Notes: generated by a model from the letters alone, not told the origin. A stretch of DNA of 64,000 nt from Gammaproteobacteria bacterium (GCA_003331625.1 QOPF01000008.1:1702-65701), one strand, 5' to 3'. Positions 12,645 through 24,245 are shown, counted from the stretch's first letter. Numbers and translations are program-made.

Positions 12645-13745
12645 TTAGAGCCTCATTGGCATAATTACATGTACCAGATTATCTTTCGAAGAATTTTTTA
12701 CTAAACATGAATTTTCTGAACCATAAAAAACAAATTCAATATCTTCGTCAGGCAAATAATTCAAAGAATCTTGAACATAGTTAATGTTAAATCCTATTTC
12801 TAGATCATCACCTGTATAAGAAACATCTAATTCTTCTTCTGCACTTTCTTTGTTTGGATTGTTTGCTAAGATTTTTAACTTGTCTTTTTTTAACTCGAAT
12901 TTAACTCCTCTAAATTTTTCATTAGACAAGACTGCTGATCTAGAGAGCGCAGTTAATATTGGCGACTTTGAAGTTGACAAAGATTGTTCTTCTCCTGAAG
13001 GAAATACTTTTTTGTAATCAGGATAGGCTCCTTCTATTAATTTACTGATAAAAATAAAACTTTCAGCTTCTACTTTTAATTGAGAGTTGTTGGAAGAGAA
13101 AGAAATTTCTTCAGGAAAAATATTAAGGATTCTTTGAAGCTCCATTGCAGTTGACCGTGGAATAATTATTTTTTTATCCTCTAAGTCTTCATTATGATCA
13201 TAAGAACCCCAAGCTAATCTATGGCCATCAGTTGCAACAAGATTTATCTTTTTCTGGCTCGTCTCAAAAAGCAAACCATTTAAGTAATATCTTACGTCTG
13301 CAGAAGCCATAGCGAAACTTGTGCTTTCCAAAATTTTTCCAAAAGCAGAGCCATTTAAAGATAAATTAAAATTATGAGTTTCTATGTCGACAAACGGAAA
13401 ATCTTGAACAGGCAAAATTGCAAGATCAGCTTGAAAGCTTAAAGCTGTAATTTCAAGTTGATTTTCTCTAACCTTGAAATTCAATTTAGTATCATCCGAA
13501 ACCGACCTAATGAGCTCAAAGAGCTTTCTGGCAGAAACTGTGGTCTCACCCTCTTCCAAAACCTCACAATCATTGATTTTAAGGGAAAGTTGACGCTCTA
13601 GATCTGTTGCAACAACAGTAATATGTTGTTTTTCCGCTTTTATTAAAACATTGGATAAAATCGGGATAGTTTGTCTTTTTTCAGCTATGGCTGAGCATAA
13701 AGAAAGTTTGTCTGATAAAGCTTCTTTGGTAGCTACAAATTTCAT
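12645..13745 (-). CDS. dnaN: DNA polymerase III beta sliding clamp
   Basis: 366-aa ORF of three-domain clamp length with a C-terminal VIMPMRL. It overlaps the dnaA stop by 4 nt (ATGA). Confidence 0.95.
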   Translation of the reverse strand: MKFVATKEALSDKLSLCSAIAEKRQTIPILSNVLIKAEKQHITVVATDLERQLSLKINDCEVLEEGETTVSARKLFELIRSVSDDTKLNFKVRENQLEITALSFQADLAILPVQDFPFVDIETHNFNLSLNGSAFGKILESTSFAMASADVRYYLNGLLFETSQKKINLVATDGHRLAWGSYDHNEDLEDKKIIIPRSTAMELQRILNIFPEEISFSSNNSQLKVEAESFIFISKLIEGAYPDYKKVFPSGEEQSLSTSKSPILTALSRSAVLSNEKFRGVKFELKKDKLKILANNPNKESAEEELDVSYTGDDLEIGFNINYVQDSLNYLPDEDIEFVFYGSENSCLVKNSSKDNLVHVIMPMRL

Positions 13746-15070
13746 GCTGTTAATGTCCTAACCAACTTTGTGTAGTCATCGGCTATACTTGCATCTTCTT
13801 CTCTTAGTGCGGATATTCTTCTGCAAGCATGGAGAACAGTCGTATGGTCTCGGCCACCGAAAGAATCTCCAATTTCGGGCAGACTGTGGTTTGTAAGTTC
13901 CTTTGATAAACACATGGAAACTTGTCTGGGACGAGCCAAGGATCTATTCCTTTTGCTGGATAGTAGGTCTGAAACCCTTATGTTGTAATAATCTGAAACT
14001 ATTTTTTGAATATTTTCTATACTTATTTGTCTTTGTTGAATTGCTAATAAATCTTTTAAAGACTCTTTAATTAAATTTACATCAATAATTCTATTAGTAA
14101 ATTTAGCGTTTGCTCCAACCCTCCGCAAAGCTCCCTCTAATTCTCTCACGTTAGATCTTATTTTTTCTGCTATGTAAAAGGCGCAGTCTTCTTGAAGGTC
14201 TAATTCCATCTCCTCTGCCTTTGTTAGCAAAATAGCTACCCTGGTTTCTAATTCAGGCGGTTCTATACTTACCGGCAAACCCCAACCAAGTCTCGATTTA
14301 AGCCTTTCTTCCAAGCCATCTATTTCTTTTGGGTATTTATCACAAGTTAAGATCATTTGTTGTCCGCCTTCAAGAAGTGTATTGAAAGTGTGAAAAAGCT
14401 CCTCCTGTGATTGTTCTTTACCAGCAAAAAACTGTATATCATCAATAAGCAGTGCGTCTACAGATCTATAGAAATTCTTAAAGTCATTTATAGAGCCTAA
14501 TTGGAGACACTTAACCATATCGCTTACAAACCTTTCAGAATGAACGTAAACAATATTCATACTTTTGTTTTCGAGCTTTAATTTGTTGCCAACAGCATGC
14601 ATCAAATGGGTTTTTCCCAATCCAACTCCTCCGTAAATGAACAAAGGATTATATGCAGCATTCTTAGACTCTGAGACTTGCTTGGCAGCTGCTAGTGCAA
14701 TGTTATTTGATTTTCCTTCTACAAATGTATCAAAAGTATAATTTTCATTAAGAGTATTTTCTTTATTTAAGAAAAAATTAATATTTTTATTTTTTTCCTT
14801 AAAATTCAATGGTTTATGGACAGAACTTAGTTCATAAACAATTGGAAAATCAGCTGCTTCGTCTTTAAAAAGATTTTTTCTTATTAAAGAGTCATAATTT
14901 TCCCTAACATGTTCTTTTATGAAAGCGTTTGGAGCAAGGATAAATAAATCTTTGCTTCCTGAATGCGATTTATTAAAAGAAAATTCTAAAGGGTTTATCC
15001 ATGCATTGTATTCTTCTGAAGAAAGTTCCCTTTCTAAAGCCTTTTTACATTTCTTCCAGGTTTTTTGCAT
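13742..15070 (-). CDS. dnaA: chromosomal replication initiator protein DnaA
   Basis: 442-aa ORF with AAA+ Walker A GGVGLGKTHL, the box VII region and the C-terminal DNA-binding helix (GGRDHTTVLHA). Confidence 0.97.
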   Translation of the reverse strand: MQKTWKKCKKALERELSSEEYNAWINPLEFSFNKSHSGSKDLFILAPNAFIKEHVRENYDSLIRKNLFKDEAADFPIVYELSSVHKPLNFKEKNKNINFFLNKENTLNENYTFDTFVEGKSNNIALAAAKQVSESKNAAYNPLFIYGGVGLGKTHLMHAVGNKLKLENKSMNIVYVHSERFVSDMVKCLQLGSINDFKNFYRSVDALLIDDIQFFAGKEQSQEELFHTFNTLLEGGQQMILTCDKYPKEIDGLEERLKSRLGWGLPVSIEPPELETRVAILLTKAEEMELDLQEDCAFYIAEKIRSNVRELEGALRRVGANAKFTNRIIDVNLIKESLKDLLAIQQRQISIENIQKIVSDYYNIRVSDLLSSKRNRSLARPRQVSMCLSKELTNHSLPEIGDSFGGRDHTTVLHACRRISALREEDASIADDYTKLVRTLTA

Positions 15071-15089
15071 GATCGTTAAATACTATACC

Positions 15090-15138
15090 TTATACACAAA
15101 GTTATCCACAGGATATGCTATTAATTAGTTGTGGATAA
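15090..15138. promoter_or_regulatory. cluster of three DnaA boxes (candidate oriC core and/or dnaA autoregulation)
   Basis: TTATACACA at 15090-15098, TTATCCACA at 15102-15110 (perfect) and inverted TGTGGATAA at 15130-15138 (perfect). All lie in the 169-bp dnaA-rpmH spacer and are followed by an AT-rich tract (15139-15185). Confidence 0.75.
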
Positions 15139-15239
15139 CCTGTTAATTAAGAAATAAATGAAAATAAAAAGAATTTTTTTTTCTTGCTTTTATTGCTCCG
15201 CCGTATATCATTCGTTACCTCAAATTTATATCAAAATAA

Positions 15240-15374
15240 ATGAAAAGAACATACCAGCCTAGCAAAATTAAAAGAAACAGGACTCATGGTTTTAGATCAA
15301 GAAATTCTACAGTTTCCGGCAAACTTGTATTAAAAAGCAGAAGAGCCAAAGGCCGTAAAGAGCTAACAGTTTAA
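15240..15374 (+). CDS. rpmH: 50S ribosomal protein L34
   Basis: Not in the ORF track (44 aa). My translation is [44 protein letters not shown] with a TAA stop at 15372-15374, the canonical L34 sequence pattern. Confidence 0.95.
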   Translation: MKRTYQPSKIKRNRTHGFRSRNSTVSGKLVLKSRRAKGRKELTV

Positions 15375-15375
15375 T

Positions 15376-15708
15376 TTGAGCTATCTCCCTTTAAAAGGTA
15401 ATGAAAGCTTTTCCAGTATCTTTAAAAATCCTGATCTAGTAAGCGACTCTGATCACTTTAGAATTTATATTTCAAAAAATGAAATAGGCTTTGCTTTAGG
15501 AATGATTCTCCCAAAAAAAAACATTAAACTAGCAGTACATCGAAATTATATTAAAAGAACTGTAAGATCAGTATCAGATGAGTATCTGAAAAACTTAAAA
15601 ATATCTTTAGTTTTTCTATCGAAAAAGAAAATAAAACTTTTTAAAAAAAATGTTTTGCGTTTTGAAATAGACAATATTCTAAGTAATGTAGAATCTAAAA
15701 TAAAATGA
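15376..15708 (+). CDS. rnpA: ribonuclease P protein component
   Basis: 110-aa basic ORF with a TTG start 1 nt after the rpmH stop. It contains the [14 protein letters not shown] region and keeps the conserved rpmH-rnpA order. Confidence 0.85.
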   Translation: MSYLPLKGNESFSSIFKNPDLVSDSDHFRIYISKNEIGFALGMILPKKNIKLAVHRNYIKRTVRSVSDEYLKNLKISLVFLSKKKIKLFKKNVLRFEIDNILSNVESKIK

Positions 15709-15950
15709 AAAAATATATAAGGCTTTTTTTTATTACTTTGATAAAAACTTATCAAATAACTATCAGTCCCTTCTTGGGAAATAATTGTAGATTTAACCCA
15801 ACTTGTAGCTCTTATATGATTGAAGCTATTACGAAACATGGCACTGTGGAAGGCATAAAACTAGGAATGAAAAGGATATCAAAATGCCATCCTTTTGGTA
15901 ATAAAGGATTCGATCCTGTGCCTTTAAGCAATAAAGAGAAGAGTAAATAA
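15705..15950 (+). CDS. yidD: membrane protein insertion efficiency factor YidD
   Basis: 81-aa ORF with the motif [26 protein letters not shown]. It overlaps rnpA by 4 nt. Confidence 0.9.
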   Translation: MKKYIRLFFITLIKTYQITISPFLGNNCRFNPTCSSYMIEAITKHGTVEGIKLGMKRISKCHPFGNKGFDPVPLSNKEKSK

Positions 15951-17590
15951 TGGAAAACTTTCAAAGATATTTTTTAATAGCTTGTGTTTTCATAATGAGT
16001 TACTTTCTGATAATTAGATGGGACCCGCCAGTAGTAGAATCAACCTTGGTAGACTATAAACCAGAAGTAAGTACTAACTTACCCTCAGAAGATTTTGGTT
16101 TTATAGATGATTCAATGGCATCGGAGGAAATAGTAATTGATAAAACTGAATTTGCGTTTAATTGCAACGATGCTGAATATTATGAAATCAATTCAAATAC
16201 TTGGATGATTCAAATGAATCTAAAGGATGGCTCGATTGATAAATCTGAATTGAAAAAATATCCAAACGAAATCAACTCAGATGATAATAAATTAATGTTT
16301 GACGCTTGTGGTAAAAATGAGTATTCGCAAGCTTCTGGTTTTGTGTTTAACAAGCAACAAGAAGATGTATTTTCAAGTTTCAAAGTTAAAGATATTTCTA
16401 GAAATAATGAAACTAACACTTATACATTCTCGCGGGTTACAAAGAATTTAGAGGAAACCAAAATAGTTTCTTTTGATGCAGATAGTTATTTTGTAAACAT
16501 AAAACATGTCATTAAGAATTTATCACCAGAACAATTTAAAGTTTCAGCATTTTCTAAGTTGGAAAGAAACTCTTTAAAACCTCCCGGAACCGAAGGTGCC
16601 TTTTTTGGTGATCCAGCTAACTTTGCTTATCTTGGACCTGTGTTTTCTACAGAATCAGATAACTACCAAAAAATAAGCCTTGGTGATTTAGAAGATGAAG
16701 ATTTTAGAGACAATTCTGTAACAGGATGGACAGCTTTTCTTGAACACTATTTTCTGACGGCTATTATTCCTAATCAAAAAGATATTCATGTCTTCGTGGG
16801 GAAAAAGAACAAAACAAATGAAAGGTTTTCTGCGGGTATAGTTAGCAGGCCAATGACGGTTGATTCTTTTGAGACTGGGTCTTTTGAATATTCTCTTTAT
16901 TTTGGACCCAAAATTCAATCTGAGCTCTCGAAAGCTAACAGCAATCTACCTCTTGCAGTGGATTATGGCTTTTTGTACTGGATTGGCCAGCCAATGTTCT
17001 TGGCAATGCAGTTTTTTTATAATTTAGTTGGAAATTGGGGGTGGGCAATAATATTGGTCACTTTGCTAATAAAGGTCATTTTATGGCCATTATCTTACGT
17101 TTCATACAAATCTATGGGAAAAATGAGACAAATACAGCCTCAAATGAAAGATTTACAAGAAAGACACTCTGGCGACCGTCAAGCAATGTCTCAGGCTATG
17201 ATGAAGCTTTATAAAGATGAAAAAGTAAATCCTGCTTTGGGATGCTTGCCTATGTTGCTGCAAATGCCTTTTTTTCTTGCGTTCTATTGGGTATTAATAG
17301 AAACGGTTGAGCTACGATATGCTCCTTTTTTGATATGGATTACAGATCTATCGTCTAGAGACCCTTTGTTCATATTACCAATCTTAAACATTGGTGCCAT
17401 GTGGGCCATGCAGCTTCTTCAGCCTCAACCTGCGGGGATAGACCCCATGCAGGCAAAAATTTTTAAATTCATGCCGCTAATATTTGGGGTTATGTTTGCT
17501 TTTTTCCCTGCTGGGCTTGTGCTGTATTGGCTCATAAATTCAGTGGTTTCAGCTATACAGATGCTGCTGCACTCTCCTAGAAGTGCTTGA
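15950..17590 (+). CDS. yidC: membrane protein insertase YidC
   Basis: 546-aa ORF with an N-terminal TM, a large periplasmic domain and a C-terminal multi-TM insertase core (GWAIILVTLLIKVILWPL, MKLYKDEKVNP, GCLPMLLQMPFF). Confidence 0.95.
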   Translation: MENFQRYFLIACVFIMSYFLIIRWDPPVVESTLVDYKPEVSTNLPSEDFGFIDDSMASEEIVIDKTEFAFNCNDAEYYEINSNTWMIQMNLKDGSIDKSELKKYPNEINSDDNKLMFDACGKNEYSQASGFVFNKQQEDVFSSFKVKDISRNNETNTYTFSRVTKNLEETKIVSFDADSYFVNIKHVIKNLSPEQFKVSAFSKLERNSLKPPGTEGAFFGDPANFAYLGPVFSTESDNYQKISLGDLEDEDFRDNSVTGWTAFLEHYFLTAIIPNQKDIHVFVGKKNKTNERFSAGIVSRPMTVDSFETGSFEYSLYFGPKIQSELSKANSNLPLAVDYGFLYWIGQPMFLAMQFFYNLVGNWGWAIILVTLLIKVILWPLSYVSYKSMGKMRQIQPQMKDLQERHSGDRQAMSQAMMKLYKDEKVNPALGCLPMLLQMPFFLAFYWVLIETVELRYAPFLIWITDLSSRDPLFILPILNIGAMWAMQLLQPQPAGIDPMQAKIFKFMPLIFGVMFAFFPAGLVLYWLINSVVSAIQMLLHSPRSA

Positions 17591-18884
17591 TGCTAGCGAC
17601 ACCATAATAGCTTGTTCTACGCCTCCTGGAAGAGGGGCCCTATCTGTAATTAGGCTTTCTGGCGAGTCTTCAATAAAAATAGCGGAAAAACTTCTTGGCA
17701 GGGCTCTAAATAAAAAAGTCAATTTGGTAAAACTTCCCTTGTGGGATGGCTATAAAGAGAAGTGTGTGCTTACTATTTTTAATTCTCCTAATTCTTATAC
17801 TGGAGAAAATCTTATTGAAATCTCGTGCCACGGAAACCCTTTAATTGTAAGAAAGATAATAGACAAATTTTTGCAGTCTAGGGTAAGAATGGCAAATCCA
17901 GGAGAATTCACCCTAAGATCTTATATGGCCAATAAAATGTCATTAGAGGAATCTGAGGCTGTCATTCAAGTAATTAATGCAAATTCTGATTCTGCCCTTA
18001 TAGCAGCCCAAAATACTCTGAATGGAGGGCTAAGAAAAAAAATAAAAAATATTCAAAAAAAATTAAGAGAAACGAGAGTTGTGGTTGAAACCTTAATAGA
18101 TTTTACGGATGAGGATGCTGATGTATATCTTGGTGATGTGAAGGAAAAAATAGAATTCTTTAAAGAAGAATATAAAAAATTTGGAAAATTAATGGAAAGC
18201 TCAAAATCGATATCTGATGACATAAGGGTTGTTTTAGCAGGACCTCCAAACGTAGGTAAGTCGACGCTTATAAACGCCCTAACAAATGAAAATGTTTCTA
18301 TTGTTAGTGAAATTCCGGGAACTACTAGGGATGTCGTTAAATCAAGCTATATAGCTGAAGGCATAAGATTTGTTTTAGAAGATACTGCCGGTTTAAGAAA
18401 ATCTTCTGATAAAATCGAGGAAAAAGGTATTAAATTAGCCAAAAAGGCTATTAAGAGCGCCGATATTGTCATTTATTTAGGCCTTACCAAAAAGGACTTT
18501 GAAGACATGCCTATTCTTAAAGGCAAGCCTTGTATAAAAGTTTTAAATAAAATGGACTTAAAGGGTTATAAAGATTCTAAGGGTTTTACAAGGATTTCTG
18601 CCAAAACGGGCAAAAACCTTTCTTTATTGAAGAGCTTGATTGTTTCTTCTTTTTTAAATTTTGATCTCAGTGAAGTTGTTGCTGTTAATGCCAGGCACTT
18701 AAGTTTCGTAAAGCAAGGCAGCAAAGCAATAAACGCCATATCCCCAAGTTTAATTTCTTCAAACTTAGAATTGGTTGCTGAAAATCTTAAGGAGTGTGAT
18801 GCCCTTTTAGGAAATATATATGATCCTATTTCAGCCGACGATCTTCTTGGTAAAATTTTCAATACCTTTTGCATTGGAAAATAG
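17583..18884 (+). CDS. mnmE: tRNA modification GTPase MnmE
   Basis: 433-aa ORF with a GTG start overlapping the yidC stop. It has G-domain motifs GPPNVGKST, DTAGLR and NKMD, and the C-terminal FCIGK. Confidence 0.93.
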   Translation: MLDASDTIIACSTPPGRGALSVIRLSGESSIKIAEKLLGRALNKKVNLVKLPLWDGYKEKCVLTIFNSPNSYTGENLIEISCHGNPLIVRKIIDKFLQSRVRMANPGEFTLRSYMANKMSLEESEAVIQVINANSDSALIAAQNTLNGGLRKKIKNIQKKLRETRVVVETLIDFTDEDADVYLGDVKEKIEFFKEEYKKFGKLMESSKSISDDIRVVLAGPPNVGKSTLINALTNENVSIVSEIPGTTRDVVKSSYIAEGIRFVLEDTAGLRKSSDKIEEKGIKLAKKAIKSADIVIYLGLTKKDFEDMPILKGKPCIKVLNKMDLKGYKDSKGFTRISAKTGKNLSLLKSLIVSSFLNFDLSEVVAVNARHLSFVKQGSKAINAISPSLISSNLELVAENLKECDALLGNIYDPISADDLLGKIFNTFCIGK

Positions 18885-19120
18885 AATGTTGGCTTTTTAT
18901 GTATAAGTTGTTGAATGATTTTTTTTTACATTCTTGCTTTGTTCTCACTCACAGCTTATACATAACATTAAACAATTTACTTACAGTCATGTCGCCTTGT
19001 TACTATCTGTCCATAAATAGCGCCGACGGGCACAAAGCTACTTATCTACAGAAAAACGCCCGCTCTATAACAACAACAATAATTACTAATCATTACTAAT
19101 AAATAATATAAAATTTATTA

Positions 19121-20974
19121 ATGGGTGTGGATATCATTGTAATTGGAGGAGGCCATGCTGGGTGTGAAGCTGCTTATGCATCCGCTAGACTTAAAAAGAA
19201 AACCCTTCTTATTACCCACGATGTTTCTACTATTGGACAAATGTCCTGCAATCCTGCGATCGGCGGCTTAGGGAAAAGCCACTTAGTGAGAGAAATAGAT
19301 GCAATGGGAGGCCTAATGGCAAACTGTGCTGATGAGGCTGGAATACATTTTAAAGTATTGAACGCATCTAAAGGGCCCGCAGTAAGAGCTACTAGATCTC
19401 AATCTGATAGAAAACTCTATAGCAAATCAGTAAGGAATATAATCAATAGTGAGCACTTACTATCAACTTTATCTGATGAGGTAATAGATATTGATTTACA
19501 AGGACTGAGCGCTGTCGGAGTTATTCTTAAAAGTGGAAAAAAGATTAATGCTAGAAAAATAATTTTAACTGCTGGAACCTTCCTGAATGGCCGCTTATTT
19601 ACCGGAGAAGAAGAAGAAGAGGGAGGCAGAAAAAAAGACAAAACTTCTAAGTTTCTAGCTAAGAGCTTGCAGTCTTTAGAGCTAGGGGACAGCCGCTTGA
19701 AAACTGGCACGCCACCAAGAATATTAGCTTCTTCTGTTAACTGGGAGGTTCTAGAGAAGCAATCAGGAGACAGCCCGAGACCATGCATGTCTTTTATAAA
19801 TTCAAATAAAATTCACCCCGAGCAAATGGATTGTTTTATAACAAGAACAAACATTAAAACTCATGAGATTATTAAATCCGGCCTAGACAGATCGCCAATG
19901 TTCTCTGGAAGAATAGACGGCGTGGGTCCCAGATATTGCCCTTCTATAGAAGATAAGATTCATAGGTTTTCCGACAAACCATCTCATCAAATATTCCTAG
20001 AGCCAGAAGGCCTTAATTCTGACGAAATATACCCGAACGGGATATCTACAAGCATGCCAAAAGACATTCAAGAAAAAATGGTTAAAAGCATACTTGGGTT
20101 CGAAAAAGCAAAAATAACCCAATACGGGTATGCGGTAGAATATGATTTTTTTGACCCTAGAAACCTATACCCAACCCTGGAGACAAAAAAGATAAAAAAC
20201 TTATATTTTGCAGGCCAAATAAACGGCACTACAGGCTATGAAGAAGCCGCAGCTCAAGGAATGGTAGCAGGAGTTAATGCTTCACTGTCTATAGACGACA
20301 AGGAACCCTGGATAGAATCTCGATCTAATAGTTACATAGGGGTCTTGGTAGACGACCTAATAACCCTGGGAACAAAAGAACCATACAGAATGTTTACAAG
20401 CAGGGCAGAACACAGGTTGCTTTTAAGGGAAGACAACGCAGATCAAAGACTAACTCCTTATGCAAAAAGCATTGGTCTAGTTGACGAAAAAAGATGGAAG
20501 ATCTTTCAGAAAAAAATGGAAAAAGTAGAGACAGAAACCAAGGCCCTTAAAGAATTAAAGATAAACCCTGCGATTTTTGGAGGAAAAAAAACCGAGCAAC
20601 AATCAATCCTTTCCGTGCTAAAAAGACCAGAGGCTACATTGGAAAAAATTTATAAAATCATAGAAAGACCAATGCCAGATAAGGGAGTAACAATCGAGAT
20701 TGAAACATCTAAGAAATACGAGGGCTATATTGAAAGACAAAAGAAAGAAATAAAAAAGATAAAAAAATACGAGAACGCAAAGATTCCAAAAAACATAATA
20801 TTCAAAGAAATAAAAGGGCTATCAAACGAAGCAAAACAAAAACTTACAAAAGTATTACCAAAGACAATTGCTCATGCCCAAAGAATTCCAGGAATAACTC
20901 CAGCAACCATTTCTCTTTTGTTAGTTCATTTAAAAAAAGAAGAAACGCCATCATCAAGAAAAGTTGGATCTTAA
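19121..20974 (+). CDS. mnmG: tRNA uridine 5-carboxymethylaminomethyl modification enzyme MnmG (GidA)
   Basis: 617-aa ORF with an N-terminal FAD loop [12 protein letters not shown] and conserved GidA blocks ([27 protein letters not shown]). Confidence 0.96.
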   Translation: MGVDIIVIGGGHAGCEAAYASARLKKKTLLITHDVSTIGQMSCNPAIGGLGKSHLVREIDAMGGLMANCADEAGIHFKVLNASKGPAVRATRSQSDRKLYSKSVRNIINSEHLLSTLSDEVIDIDLQGLSAVGVILKSGKKINARKIILTAGTFLNGRLFTGEEEEEGGRKKDKTSKFLAKSLQSLELGDSRLKTGTPPRILASSVNWEVLEKQSGDSPRPCMSFINSNKIHPEQMDCFITRTNIKTHEIIKSGLDRSPMFSGRIDGVGPRYCPSIEDKIHRFSDKPSHQIFLEPEGLNSDEIYPNGISTSMPKDIQEKMVKSILGFEKAKITQYGYAVEYDFFDPRNLYPTLETKKIKNLYFAGQINGTTGYEEAAAQGMVAGVNASLSIDDKEPWIESRSNSYIGVLVDDLITLGTKEPYRMFTSRAEHRLLLREDNADQRLTPYAKSIGLVDEKRWKIFQKKMEKVETETKALKELKINPAIFGGKKTEQQSILSVLKRPEATLEKIYKIIERPMPDKGVTIEIETSKKYEGYIERQKKEIKKIKKYENAKIPKNIIFKEIKGLSNEAKQKLTKVLPKTIAHAQRIPGITPATISLLLVHLKKEETPSSRKVGS

Positions 20975-21560
20975 AGAGACCCTTGATGCTTCGCCTTTGG
21001 AATTAACGAAAGTCCAGACAGAGCTTGCAGTAGTTTTTTTAAACCAAGTTTTTAAGTGGAACAAAACAAGAAATTTGATATCTAGGAAGCTTACCAAAAA
21101 AGACCTGGCCGAACACTTCATAGACTGTGCTCTGCTTAACCAACACACAAAAAACGGGTCAATTTTAGACGTCGGAAGCGGCGCCGGGTTCCCCGGCATA
21201 TGCCTTGCAATCATGAGCCCTGAAAAGGACATAACCCTGGTTGATTCAAACATTAAAAAAACATCTTTCTTATTGCACGTAAAAAACGCACTAGGCTTAA
21301 AAAACGTATTAGTCGAAAACAAAAGATTAGAGTCAATAAAAAAAATAGAAGAAGCCTATCTAGTTTGTAGAGCCTTTATGGCACCAAGGCTGTTCGCAGA
21401 AACAGTTAAAGACAAAATAAGCAAAGATACAAAAGTAATAGTCATGACTTCAGAAGAAGAGCGCTTTTCTTTAGATGGCTTTAAAACAAGATTCATAAAA
21501 TCAGAAGCCACGGAATTCTTTAATAAAAAAAGAGGCTTCTTAGAATTTCAAAAGACCTAA
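20964..21560 (+). CDS. rsmG: 16S rRNA (guanine527-N7)-methyltransferase RsmG (GidB)
   Basis: 198-aa ORF with a TTG start overlapping the mnmG end by 11 nt. It has SAM motif [10 protein letters not shown] and keeps the conserved mnmG-rsmG order. Confidence 0.88.
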   Translation: MDLKETLDASPLELTKVQTELAVVFLNQVFKWNKTRNLISRKLTKKDLAEHFIDCALLNQHTKNGSILDVGSGAGFPGICLAIMSPEKDITLVDSNIKKTSFLLHVKNALGLKNVLVENKRLESIKKIEEAYLVCRAFMAPRLFAETVKDKISKDTKVIVMTSEEERFSLDGFKTRFIKSEATEFFNKKRGFLEFQKT

Positions 21561-21578
21561 AACTGCTATAGTAGATTC

Positions 21579-22355
21579 GTGTTAATTCTTGTCGTTGCAA
21601 ACCAAAAAGGTGGTGTAGGGAAAACCACTACAACGCTCAACTTGGCAGCAAGCCTGGCGGCTACCGGCAGAAAGGTTCTTCTGTTAGATATTGATTCGCA
21701 AGCAAACCTTACAACAGGGCTGGGTGGGAAAAAAACGTTTGAAGAAACCACCATAACAGACGTCTTGCTGGATGATGCTGCCTTGAGCAGCCTGATAGAA
21801 CCAAAGCCAGACTTTGGCTTTGATGTTATTCCTGGAAGTCCAGATTTAATATCAGCGGAGCTCGAGATGGCAAGAGTTAGCGATCCAACCTCGATATTAA
21901 AAAGAAAGCTAGACAATCTCGCCGAACAATATGACTATTGCCTTATAGACAGCCCCCCTTCACTTGGAATGTTATCGGTAAGCGCGCTTCGAGCCGCAGA
22001 CAAAATTATTATCCCGTTGCAATGCGAGCATTTTTCCATAGAAGGGCTTTCGGCAATGCAAAGGACAATATTTGAAATCAATGAGGCAACAAATAGCAAC
22101 TTAAAAATTGATGGTATCTTGAGAACCATGTTTGACAGAGACAAAGAAAGGGCCAGACAAATATCAGATAAGCTGGTGGAAGCTCTTCCCAAACAAGTAT
22201 TTAACACAATAATACCCAGGTGCGATCTTTTGGCAGAAGCTCCTTCAGAAGGCAAGCCTATAATGCACATCGATCCCGAGGCAAAAGGATCTTTAGCCTA
22301 TTTTGCTTTAGCCGGAGAGGTGATTGCTAAGTTCGAGGAGATAAAAAGTGTCTGA
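21579..22355 (+). CDS. parA: chromosome partitioning ATPase ParA (Soj)
   Basis: 258-aa ORF with a GTG start and the deviant Walker A NQKGGVGKTTT. Confidence 0.93.
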   Translation: MLILVVANQKGGVGKTTTTLNLAASLAATGRKVLLLDIDSQANLTTGLGGKKTFEETTITDVLLDDAALSSLIEPKPDFGFDVIPGSPDLISAELEMARVSDPTSILKRKLDNLAEQYDYCLIDSPPSLGMLSVSALRAADKIIIPLQCEHFSIEGLSAMQRTIFEINEATNSNLKIDGILRTMFDRDKERARQISDKLVEALPKQVFNTIIPRCDLLAEAPSEGKPIMHIDPEAKGSLAYFALAGEVIAKFEEIKSV

Positions 22356-23271
22356 AAAAAGAAAAAAAAGAGGATTGTCAGCATTTCTTGCTCCTGAACA
22401 AGAAAAGAAAAAAGATAGAGGCATCGGCGCCTTTGTATCCCAAGAAGAAAAAACCCAAGAGGCGAATTTAACCTCTTCTAGTCAGGGCCCAACACTAGAA
22501 GTTTTTCAGGCCAACGTGGACACCATCAGGCCAAGCAGATTCCAAGCCAGAAAGAAAATTTCGCAGGAAAGCATTCAAGAGCTTTCCGACTCAATAAAAA
22601 TACAAGGAGTAATTCAACCGCTCATTGTAAGAAGACTGTCGAAAGGATTTGAGCTGGTAGCAGGAGAGCGAAGACTAAGGGCTTCAAAGCTCGCCGGCTT
22701 AAAAGCAGTTCCGGTTTTAATAAGAGATGATTCAGAAGAATCCACCCTCACAATTGGACTGATAGAAAATTTACAAAGAGAGGATCTAAATCCTCTTGAG
22801 GAAGCTGAGGGAATTCTTAGGCTGCAAAAAGAATTTGGCTTGACGCAACAAGCCATGGGCGAAGCTTTAGGGAAATCTAGATCCGCAATAGCAAATTCAT
22901 TGCGACTCTTGCAACTAAGCAAGGCGGTCCAAGAAATGCTATTTGAAGGAAGATTAAACATGGGCCACGCACGGGCGTTACTGCCCTTGCCGCCAGCACA
23001 CCAGGAGCAGCTCGGAAAAAAAATTATTAAAGCAGGGCTTTCAGTTAGACAAGCAGAAAAACTCGCCAGGTCGTTCCTAAATAAAAGAGGTGGCAAATTA
23101 AGGGTTTCTTCAAAAGATCCCAACATTGCATCTTTAGAAAAAAGCCTCAGTGACGAATTGAGTTCGCAGGTTTTAATTACTCATAAAAAAGACGGAAGCG
23201 GAAAAATTTCATTTACTTATAAAGACCTCGAACAACTTGATCGAATAATAAAACCCTTTAAAAAAGAATAA
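22348..23271 (+). CDS. parB: chromosome partitioning protein ParB (Spo0J)
   Basis: 307-aa ORF with a GTG start overlapping parA. It has the ParB box GERRLRA, an HTH region (LTQQAMGEALGKSRSAIANSLRLL) and an N-terminal KRGLSAFL motif. Confidence 0.93.
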   Translation: MSEKRKKRGLSAFLAPEQEKKKDRGIGAFVSQEEKTQEANLTSSSQGPTLEVFQANVDTIRPSRFQARKKISQESIQELSDSIKIQGVIQPLIVRRLSKGFELVAGERRLRASKLAGLKAVPVLIRDDSEESTLTIGLIENLQREDLNPLEEAEGILRLQKEFGLTQQAMGEALGKSRSAIANSLRLLQLSKAVQEMLFEGRLNMGHARALLPLPPAHQEQLGKKIIKAGLSVRQAEKLARSFLNKRGGKLRVSSKDPNIASLEKSLSDELSSQVLITHKKDGSGKISFTYKDLEQLDRIIKPFKKE

Positions 23272-23295
23272 TGCTAAATAAATTGCATCTAAGCC

Positions 23296-24224
<929 letters not shown>

Positions 24225-24245
24225 TCAATAAATTAGGAGACTAAT

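Noticed and set aside
18869-19099. 76-aa ORF in the mnmE-mnmG spacer
   Set aside because: Its start overlaps the mnmE end. The translation (MHWKIECWLFMYKLLNDFFLHSCF...) has no protein-like features, no SD sequence and odd composition. I treat it as non-coding spacer.
19417-23126. Long antisense ORFs opposite mnmG, rsmG, parA and parB (19417-19788, 20954-21322, 21566-21916, 21935-22270, 22614-23126). Similar ones lie opposite aroE, atpF, atpA, atpG, atpD, glmS and others in the track
   Set aside because: All lie fully inside strongly supported conserved genes on the other strand. Their translations are low-complexity (Ser/Leu/Phe/Pro-rich) with no motifs, which is typical of shadow ORFs in the GC-richer genes.
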